DNA of 64,000 nt from Gnetum montanum (lineage: Eukaryota > Plantae > Gnetophyta): the NCBI GenBank assembly GCA_015680685.1, contig MNCI01001903.1:571298-635297 (forward strand), written 5' to 3'. Of the stretch, positions 13,869 through 23,172 are shown piece after piece. Numbering within the stretch: position 1 is the first letter of the stretch; each line of letters begins with the position of its first letter. A model generated the notes under the pieces. The model had not been told where the DNA came from and searched no databases. It saw nothing but the letters and a program-made list of their open reading frames with translations. The translations under genes and the position numbers were made by a program.

Positions 13869-13943
13869 ACATTGCACAACGTATGTTGTTACACAAAATG
13901 TTTTCGAGAACTTGCACCCCTCATCAATGTGTTTAGGCAATGC
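13869..13943 (-). ncRNA. Degenerate minimal type I hammerhead ribozyme, copy 1
   Basis: Minus: CATTGC-ctaa-ACACA-TTGATGA-GGGG-tgcaagt-TCTC-GAAA-ACATT-T-TGTGT-a-ACAAC-atac-GTTGT-GCAATG; C3>T in the core. Confidence 0.65.
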
Positions 13944-14717
13944 GGCCAGGTAGCCAAAGTTGCAAAGGCGAGGGAATGAGCATGCCAGTACATGTATAAA
14001 TAGGGTCCCAACTTCTAAAATTAGAAGAAACTCCCACTTTAAAATTATAGTGGGCCCCACTCGTCAGAGGCAAGATGGGGGTGGGATGTGGTACTGACAA
14101 AACTATTATAGAACAATATTTCAAAAGTGAACATGAAGCATTCAGCAAATAGGATCTTTTGGCAGAGCCGAAGGGTGTATAGGGTTTAGGGGAACCCTCA
14201 TGTTTAGATGGTGGACATGAGGGGTCTGACACCAAAGAATGTCATGCACGCAAGCGTCTGGCTGAAAAACAACAACAACGAAGAGACAAGCTGCAACGAT
14301 GTTGGAGAAGAAACAACTAGAGGTTGTGATGAAACTAAAGAAAGCTCCTTTAGAAGAAACCACAACCAAGAAGACCAACATAAGCAGAGCAGTGGTCAAG
14401 AAATGGATCAAATAGAAGAAACATGTTGTGGTCTGCAAAAACCTACAACGTGATCAAAACTCGTGGAGAACCTGCAAAAGGATTAAAACCTAACCAAAAA
14501 TAGAAAAAAATATAAAAATGGTTAGAATCTAGAGAATAGCAAAAGATGTTGTCAAGCAAGGCTCAGCAATTCCAAGGTAGCGAGATAGAGAGAAATTTTT
14601 TAGAAAATTTTAGAAATGGATTTGTGTGTCAAGGAAAATAATGGAAAGGTTGAGAGAAATACTGTAAAAATTGTAAAACAGAAAAACTGTTAAACAGAAA
14701 GTAATAGAAAGCTCATA

Positions 14718-14792
14718 GCATTGCACAACATATGTTGTTACACAAAATTTTTTTGGGGACTTGCACCCCTCATCAGTGTGTTTAGGCAATGT
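14718..14792 (-). ncRNA. Degenerate minimal type I hammerhead ribozyme, copy 2
   Basis: Minus: CATTGC-ctaa-ACACA-CTGATGA-GGGG-tgcaagt-CCCC-AAAA-AAATT-T-TGTGT-a-ACAAC-atat-GTTGT-GCAATG; intact CUGAUGA and perfect stem II, G12>A at a CpG. Confidence 0.65.
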
Positions 14793-14864
14793 GGCCAAGT
14801 AGCCGAAGTTGCAAAGGTAAGGGAATGAGCATGCTAGTACAATATAAATAGGGTCCCAACTTCT

Positions 14865-15030
14865 AAAATTAGAAGAAACCCCTTCTTTAAAATTAGAAGA
14901 AACTCTTGCTTTAAATTTAGAAGAAACTCCTGCTTTAAAAGTAGAAGAAACTCCCACTTTAAAATTAGAAGAAACTCTCTCTTTAAAATTAGAAGAAAAT
15001 CCCACTTTAAAATTAGAAGAAACTCCTACT
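14865..15030. repeat. 24-bp tandem repeat, about 7 copies
   Basis: Unit AAAATTAGAAGAAACTCCCACTTT; only about one copy at the equivalent position of the other direct repeat (14017-14047). Confidence 0.95.
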
Positions 15031-15514
15031 GTAGGAATTAGTGATCAAGAAAGGCCCTTCCTAGTTGGCTAAGAATTTGTTTGCATGCTCGCAAACAGCT
15101 TTGAGAACTAAGTCTCCTTCCTTGATCTTTTGCTTATTTAGGTTATGCTGATGTTGTCATTTCTACCTCTTCTAGTACCACTTGACATGAGCAAGCATTT
15201 GCACCCATTGCTCCTACATCAAGTCTAGGCCCATGGTACGCAGCTCCTTGTTTTGTTAATCATTGATAACATTTGATAAAGCTAATTGAAGCAATTACAC
15301 CTATAATTGAAAAGGTAAAACAACTTTAAAACCACAAACTAGGCTATATGGGGTTACATCAATTATCATTTGAAATGTTGTTTGATAGGCCCAAAGTACA
15401 TGGACAAGCCACTCATGCCACTTGTGTTTATTGTTGTTTGGCATCTTCTTGAGTAAGTTGATGATGGCCTTATTACTTACTTCAGCTTGTCCATTGGCCT
15501 AAGAGCAATATGGT

Positions 15515-17231
15515 TATTGCAACAAAAAATGTCAACCATTGGAAAGTCGAGGATTGTCAATCATGAATAATCTCAACCTTGACTCCCTAGGGCCTTTGAG
15601 AAAAATGGAATTCAGGGTGCTTTAGACAATTTGGTAGATCATCCAGGGACTTAGGGGGATGCAAAACAAGGTTGTAAAAAATGTAAAAATTGCAAATCTA
15701 AAACCCAAAATGAATACAAATTGCACAAAAAATGAAACTAGAAACTTTATTAATTAAATAAAGAATAAGTTTGGAGATGTGTACAAAAGTGGAGAGCAAA
15801 AGGGAGGTTCACTTAGGTGGGGGTTCCAACTCTGTTGAAGAAGATAGAATCTACTCCATGATCTAGATGCTCAACTGCTTCCAATGTTTTTGAACCTTCT
15901 TTGTTACCACTCAAGATTTGCAATGTTGATCACTACTGGGGTTGAAAAATGTGAAGGATTAGTGTATCCAAGATGCTTAATGCTAAGATTTGGGGATCCT
16001 ATAGGATAACATTGATACTCCAGGCTCACAAATCTTAAAGAGGGACAAGTAATAGAGGTAACAAGGCTACAATGCTTCTACACTAGTAGGCCCCAAGAAG
16101 CAACATTTCTACTAGAAAATAGGATCTCTTGGATGCCAAAAATAACAAATGCTCAAAATGCAAAGTATGTGCAATTGCCAAGTGTGTGGAACCTTGAAAT
16201 GGTGTGAGGGTTTGGTTTTTATAGGTATTTGGCCATAATTTGGGCTATAAATTTGTTGTAAATTGTTGATAGATTGGACTGTAAATTGGCTACAAATTGC
16301 TACAAATTTCTACCATGTTCATTGGGGTTGGTGTCCAAAATCTTCCCTGGGGGGTAGGGGGTGTTACCATATATGGAAAGTGTTAGATCCCCATGGTCAT
16401 TCCATTTATCAAAAATAGTAATGGGTGTGNNNNNNNNNNNNNNNNNNNNNNNNNNNNNNNNNNNNNNNNNNNNNNNNNNNNNNNNNNNNNNNNNNNNNNN
16501 NNNNNNNNNNNNNNNNNNNNNNNNNNNNNNNNNNNNNNNNNNNNNNNNNNNNNNNNNNNNNNNNNNNNNNNNNNNNNNNNNNNNNNNNNNNNNNNNNNNN
16601 NNNNNNNNNNNNNNNNNNNNNNNNNNNNNNNNNNNNNNNNNNNNNNNNNNNNNNNNNNNNNNNNNNNNNNNNNNNNNNNNNNNNNNNNNNNNNNNNNNNN
16701 NNNNNNNNNNNNNNNNNNNNNNNNNGGTGGTGGTGGGTGCGAAGGTGTCAACATTAAAGAGGATGAGAGATCAACACTAGGGGGTAAAGGTGAAACCTCT
16801 CTAGGATAAGTTAACCTCCTTCTATGTTGGGGGTGGGTGAGATCCACCTCTTGTATTCCTCCATGCTAGCTTTGATGCCTCTATGATGGGAGTAGGTAAC
16901 CCACACCCCCTCTAGGCTAAGTTACCACCTTGTAGGAGTTTTCCAACGTAGAAACGTGTATGCCTACCATAAAATCCATCAAATTTCCATTGTTGAAATC
17001 CCAAAAGTCATTTTAACCCCTCCTAAGCCCAAATATAGACACTAGGTAACTCTTTTCACTCTGGGAATGAGGCTCTGGCGACTTATGGGGCATTTTTTCA
17101 GCCCCAAAAGTATGAAATATGTGATATTGCCTCTTATGAATTACAATCTTCACATTTACAATGAAGTTTAGCCTCGGGTTTCATGGGATGGGGTTACAAA
17201 GGTTACAACATGAAAATTTGGTGGTGTTTCA
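15515..17231 (-). mobile_element. Solo LTR (Tat-type, spans an N-gap) inserted in the integrase
   Basis: TSD ATGGT at 15510-15514 and 17232-17236; ends TA(TG)...CA; removing it restores G I * H S F S S P Y C S * A N G Q A E; similar to LTR 40471-42056. Confidence 0.9.
16430..16725. other. Assembly gap
   Basis: N run. Confidence 1.
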
Positions 17232-20200
17232 ATGGTGATGAGAATGAGTGCTAAATGCCTAGGTCATGATAAAACTTTTTCATTTCTTAGCTACTAAACT
17301 ATGGTCCATTGTCTATGACTATGATCATAGTTATGCCAAAATAGGCTACTATGTTATCAAGTATGAATCTACAGACTTGTTTAGGCATTGTTTTCCTTAG
17401 GAAAATAACTTCAACCCACTTAGTAAAGTATTCGATTGCAGTGATGATAAAACTATGCCCTATAGAAGACTTAGGTATTATAGGTCTAGTGATATCCAAT
17501 CTCCATCATTGAAATGACTGAGTTATCTAAGTAGTTTGTAACTCAGTTGGCAGTATGTGTATGACGTTGCTATGCCATTGGCACATGTCATAAGTTTTAA
17601 CCTTATGGAGAAAATCACTTTCCATATAGGACTAGTAATAGCCTAGTCATCTAACATTAGCAACCATGGCTCTAGGTTTTATATGTCCCCCATATACAGC
17701 CTTGTGAACTTACTCTAGGATTGTGTGGGCTTTGGTTTTACCCAAGCACACTAATAATATGCCATCATAGGACCATTAGCATAATGTATTATCACCTATT
17801 ATGGCATTCTATTTTTATCATTTACATACATTATCCTTTTGAGTAGTAGTTAAGCATTATGAAGGTTCACCATGCATAAGGTAAAACTTGATATCATCAT
17901 ACCACTCCTTTGGAGGGGCAATATGAACTATGACCACAAAGGTATCCTTAGTGCTCTACGTGATGGAAATAGCACAGTTCGTAGTCAATGTGAACAACTT
18001 GCTAAACACATTTGGCATTACACTAAGGGCTAGCATTATTATGGCATTGACTATAGTGTTCTCAGTTCAGGGTACATGTTGGATATCAATGTCTATAAAT
18101 TGTTGCCTTAGTTTCTTTCCTAGGTCATAGTAAGCCTACAAATGTTTGTCTTTACATGCATAAACCTCGGTTACTTGGTTAACCACAAGTTGTGAGTCAT
18201 ATTTGATCATTAATTATTTAATTACTTGATCATGAGCTACCATCCCTCTAATCAAATCCTCATACTCTACTATATTATTGGTACAAAGAAATTCCAAACA
18301 ATAGGCAAAGGATTGGATTTCACTAGATTGGAATGTTATAATAGTAGTGGCATTGGCCCCATGGCTAGTTGAAGGTCCATTTAAGTGCATTACTACCTCA
18401 TAGCCCTCAGGCACATTGCTAACAATGTTGATGTGTTCATCTAGAAATTCAAGTCTATAGTTGCATGGTCTTCTGCCAGTGAAACAATAAGTTGTATAGC
18501 TATAGCTTGATCCTTTGTTGAGGCTTAAGAAACATAATGAAGGTCAAACTCCATTGTTATGGCTTTTCAACAAGCTATTTGGCTACTCTCATAGATGTTG
18601 GTCATTATGGCTCTAAGAACAATATATTTGCAGATGACATTGACTTGACTCCTAAAGAGTTAGTGCCTCCACTTCTTCAATGAGAATACTAGGGCTAGAT
18701 AATACTTCTCCACTTCAATGTATCAGGTCTCATGGGAAACTAATACATGGCTTAAGTAGTATACAGGTAACTCCACTTCATCATCTTGTTTCAAATAGAG
18801 TAGAGAGGCAATAGACATGTTAGATATATCAAGGTAGAAGGTAGATGTAAAATAGTTTATCCTCTTGTGGAGGATATACTATTGGTGGTTGTGTCAACTC
18901 TTGCTTAAGGTTTTCAAAGGTTTCTTGGCATTGAGCCATCCACTCATAATGAACTCCTTTCTTAAGCAAGTATTGCATGGCTTGTAACTTATTCATAAGC
19001 CTAGCGATAAACCTATGGATAAATTATAGTTTGCCTTGCAATCCCCAAAGCTCCTTAAGGTTAGTTGGTGTTGCCAATTTGGATATGTTTTTAACCTTAT
19101 CAGGATTGACACATATTCCCACTTTGGATTTATCGGCCACTTTTTTAATGTCAAGAATCTTACCAATTTTAATGTCAAAGACATACTTTTTTGGATTTAG
19201 CCTAAGCTCATATTTGAGATATCATTTTAACACAAGGTTGAGGTCATGTGTATGGTTATCGGCCACTTTGGACTTAATAGCTATATAGTCTACATAATCA
19301 TTAAGCAAACCTAGAATATAATCACTAAAGATATATGTCATAGCTCTTTAGTAGGTTGCTTCTGCATTATTTAGACCAAAGGGCATCATAGTATAACAAA
19401 AGGTACTCCAATGGGTCATGAAGATTGCACTAAGTTGATGTTCTTGGTTAATCATAACCTAGTTGTATCTCAAAAATCCATTCATAAAGGATAATAAGGC
19501 ATGACCAACTATAGTATTGATAAAGTTGCTTAATACTAGGTAAAGAGAAATCATCCTTAATGGTTGCCTTATTTAGATCTAAAAAATTAATGCAAATGCG
19601 AATACTCCCATTTTTCTTAAGGACTATCACTATGCTAGATACCCATTTTATGTAATCAATAGCTCTAATGAAACCAACCTGATATAGTTTTGTGATTTCA
19701 TCACAAACTGCTTGGGTCAAATCAAGTTTAATCTTATAAACCTTTTTCTTAATCGGTCTAATGCTAAGATTAAGTATGATGTTATGTAGGACTAAATGTG
19801 GGTCTAGACTTGGCATATCTTCATATGACCAAGCAAAGACATTAATGTTATCTTATAGAACAATGGTGATGTTTTAAGCCTATTAAGGTTCTAGTGAAGA
19901 ACTTAGTTTTAGTGTTTTCTGCTCACTAGTGTGTGTTGTGATAGGAACCTCAACTAGAGAGCCTTCGATAATGTTGTTAGCCTCAAGGTCAAGGGTTTTA
20001 ACTAGGTTTTTAGACCATTCTAGAGGTTTTTCTACAGAGGCTATGTAATCCATGAGGCTCTTAGGCTTAAGATCTAGGCAATTACGGTTGATACATCATT
20101 CAACATCACCATGAGGTCCATGTAGGTTCAAAGGTAGGGCAATTTTCTTCAAGGTGTCCAAACTCCAATCTTGCATATCAACCATAAGCACATTAAGTGG

Positions 20201-21549
20201 AACATGGGTAAAAATGAGGAAATAAAGTTAAAATGATATAAAATACCGTAGTAAATATGTGAACACATGCTATTCCAATGTCAAACAAAATGTAAACAAG
20301 ATTAGCCAAGGCTATAAGATGTAGGTGAAGACAAGTAAGATGGAACAAAGGCCAAATATAGGGAAATAAAGGTTAAAACAAGTTGAAGCATCATAAAAAT
20401 ATAAGAAATAAGGCCAAACATAGTCAACTAAGGTTAATTTTCCCATTTTAAGTCCTTGGCAGGTTGTGTTGCTAGTTTAAGACCTTAGCAAGCCATGGTT
20501 ACATGGTGTCAAATGATGGTCAAAGATGGTCAAACCACATCATTTACCACCACTCAACAACTAAACATGGATCAATAGAAGTCATAATAGAGAAAAAAAG
20601 ATAAATGCAATGAAATTAACATGATGTAGAGGTTGGATGAGGTTAACTGATGGTCATGGTGGTCAACAGTATATCCCAAGGTCAAAACAATTCAAAACAC
20701 CATGAAACAAGGTCAAATCCATTAAAATAGAATACATGTGGTAAAACTTGATAAATATTGGTCAAACAAGGTTAGATTTTGCCAGTTTTAGGCATTAGCG
20801 AGCCATGATATGAGGCTACAGTGTTGCTAGGGGAGTTTGGACACATGAGGCGATCATTCTGGGGTTGTCTTGAGGCAAAATTAGCATTTTTCTTGTGACT
20901 ACACTACGCTCTATTGGTGACTATGTTGGCCCAACATAGTCATGCATTTCCTAGCATAGTCAATGCTCATAGGCACTTTCCTAGACTTAATATAGTCACT
21001 TTTGGACTCCTAATGGTCTAGAAAGCTAGTGCAAGGGGTTGGTATTGAAGATTGACAAGTTTTAACACTATTTTCACCTTCCATAAGCTTGAAAATGATG
21101 TTTCCATTAGTGACTACGCTTGGCCAATGTAGTCATGGTAGGCCCCAACATAGTCACATGGAATAAGTGAAATTTTGAGGCTTTTTTTTTTAGAGAGAAT
21201 GTTCGGGTTTGTATTACTGAAAGTTATGGTACACGAGTATACAATTACAAAAGAGGGGGGGACATCAGGGATGGCCCACGCGAGGGCCCCGGATACCCAC
21301 AAAAAATTCAAAACTCGGGGAACACCGAGCTTAACCTTTGAACCACAAAACCTCATAAACCTCAAAAACCCCCAAAGGGGGGGGGGCGCACCCCCAACCC
21401 CAACAAACAGGCAGACGAGACGAAACCAAGAAAGGGGAGGCAGCGGCAGGAGGGGGGGAGCTAGGGGTGAGTCGACAGGTGACGACAGGTACACCGAGGC
21501 CGTTCCAGCTCATGAAGCAGGTCTAGGGTGGCACGATGCTTCTCAGTGT

Positions 21550-22823
21550 CCACGAAGTTCGCGGCTTGTTGGAAGCCCTGCATAAGAGCCTCTCTCCTGC
21601 TCCGGTCGTCCGCAGAGTCCCCCGCATCAGGGTGGAATCTTGCGGACGTGTGTCTGATGTGTCGTCTGAGCTCCCCCCAGGAGCTCTCACAGTTAATGCC
21701 CAAAATGCTATATGGGCAGCGCCCCCCCCCTGAGCCACTGGCGGGCACTGTGCTGATGTGCCTGGTTGAGCTGCCATTGCCGTTGCTCTTCCTCCTCCTG
21801 CAGGCGCTCCTGCTCGTCCTGGGCCTTCGCCTCCTCCTGACGCAACTCCTCCCAGATCCGGTCCCGGAGCTCATCAGTGAGCTGGGCCCGCAAGGTCTCC
21901 ATCATGAGCGTGTGCTGTCGGTTCAGCTGTTGTGCCTATTCTCGAAGCTGGGCTTCGTGGTCGGCGCGCCACTGGGCCAGGGTCTCAGTCCACTTAACCT
22001 CCGATGTCTGTCGCTCGGCCTCCCGAGCAGCAGCAACTGCCTGTTGTAGTTCCGCCTCCCAATTTGGGGGGGCGCTGGGGGGCCAGGTGAGGGGGCGGGA
22101 TTTTGACGGGAGCGGCGTCCCCAGGTGAGATTCAAAGCGGTCTGCCGCCGTTGAGTGGCCGGGGTGGGGGAAGTGGGGGAAGTTGGGGGGGTGGGGGGGG
22201 CATCAGCGAGGCAACCCCTAGGGGGGGCAGAGGACAGGCCCGGAGCCCCTTGCCCCCCCGCCCCCCACTACAAAGCTAAAATTAACCCCGNAAATTAACC
22301 CCGAGTGGCGAACGCGTCGTTTAAGGTGGAGGGCCTCAAGGAAGAACTGCGACAGGTTAACCTGGGTACCGTCCTTCAAGCACCTCAGGAAAGTGAAATG
22401 CAACCCTTGGAGCTTGGACACGTTGTCCGACTGGACGAAAAAGCGTTTCACCAAGGCAGCGGCGTGAGCCCAGAGGCGTGGGAGAGAAGTCCGAGGGACC
22501 TGGCAGCTCTGCGTTCTTGGGGTTAGCCCCTCGAAGAAGGTCGCAGAGTTATGGAGGCAGCGGGAGGTCAGCAGGATGACCTCACCAGCGGCCGGGACCC
22601 CCAAATAGTTGGCCAGGGCGACTTCCGTGAGATGAATTTCACGGCCTTGAAAGTAGGTCTGATCCCCGTGCCAGTTAGTAAAGAATGTGTTGTCAGGAAG
22701 GTCAGGGTCCCCGACCAGCCTCTGCAGCAGGGCGGCCCAGCCACATTGGCAGACCATCAGCCAAAGCTCCTCGTCATCTTGGTAGACGGTGCAGTCAGGT
22801 TCGTACGTCGGCGTCTGTCCCAT
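21550..22823 (-). CDS. LINE-borne extra ORF3: putative plant transposon protein (Transposase_32-like) domain, then Pro-rich and coiled-coil segments (disrupted)
   Basis: ORF 22218-22823 (GWAALL...FFTNW...FQGREIHLTEVALANYLGVP...FLRCLKDGTQVNLSQFFLEAL); 21708-21905 E/Q/R-rich coiled coil. Confidence 0.6.
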
Positions 22824-22890
22824 GGTGTCCGCAAGCTTGCGCCACGCTCTGCAGGTCTGCTGGATAAGTCATTGGGGGGGGGGGGGGTTG

Positions 22891-23172
22891 NNNNNNNNNN
22901 NNNNNNNNNNNNNNNNNNNNNNNNNNNNNNNNNNNNNNNNNNNNNNNNNNNNNNNNNNNNNNNNNNNNNNNNNNNNNNNNNNNNNNNNNNNNNNNNNNNN
23001 NNNNNNNNNNNNNNNNNNNNNNNNNNNNNNNNNNNNNNNNNNNNNNNNNNNNNNNNNNNNNNNNNNNNNNNNNNNNNNNNNNNNNNNNNNNNNNNNNNNN
23101 NNNNNNNNNNNNNNNNNNNNNNNNNNNNNNNNNNNNNNNNNNNNNNNNNNNNNNNNNNNNNNNNNNNNNNNN
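22891..23172. other. Assembly gap
   Basis: N run. Confidence 1.

Larger units (their letters stand above)
13740..15030 (-). mobile_element. Non-coding retrozyme/Penelope-pLTR-like element: two ~300-bp direct repeats (about 13742-14047 and 14593-14895), each with a hammerhead motif
   Basis: Direct repeats offset by 849 nt; hammerhead cores in both; PBS-like TGGTGTCAGA (14234-14225, minus); TGACA/TGTCA termini at 14095-14099 and 14240-14244. Confidence 0.7.
15028..20150 (-). pseudogene. Tat/Ogre-type pol: RT, RNase H, additional (archaeal-type) RNase H, integrase; split by a solo LTR and truncated after the GPF motif
   Basis: VFAWSYEDMPSLDP...KKNGSIRICINFLDLNKA (RT); YVDY near 19290; HLNGPS...CTNNIVEYE (aRH, 18214-18414); ITAIEYFTKWVE...DNGP; ANGQAEVSNK...LWAYQTT...TPYSLVCG; N*EGPF. 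Confidence 0.9.

Noticed and set aside
14045-14070. Possible third hammerhead on minus: CTGACGA-GTGG-ggc-CCAC
   Set aside because: Followed by TATAA rather than GAAA, with no stem I/III partner
13740-14100. Cassandra TRIM hypothesis
   Set aside because: No 5S rRNA A/C-box similarity seen in the repeats
14610-15005. 131-aa ORF with SSNFK repeats
   Set aside because: By-product of the 24-bp minisatellite
16361-16847. Long ORFs spanning N runs (also near 22551-23304, 26215-26720 and 50470-50785)
   Set aside because: Open only because Ns translate as X
22279-22303. AAATTAACCCCG-N-AAATTAACCCCG
   Set aside because: Assembly artefact; it probably causes the apparent frameshift in LINE ORF3
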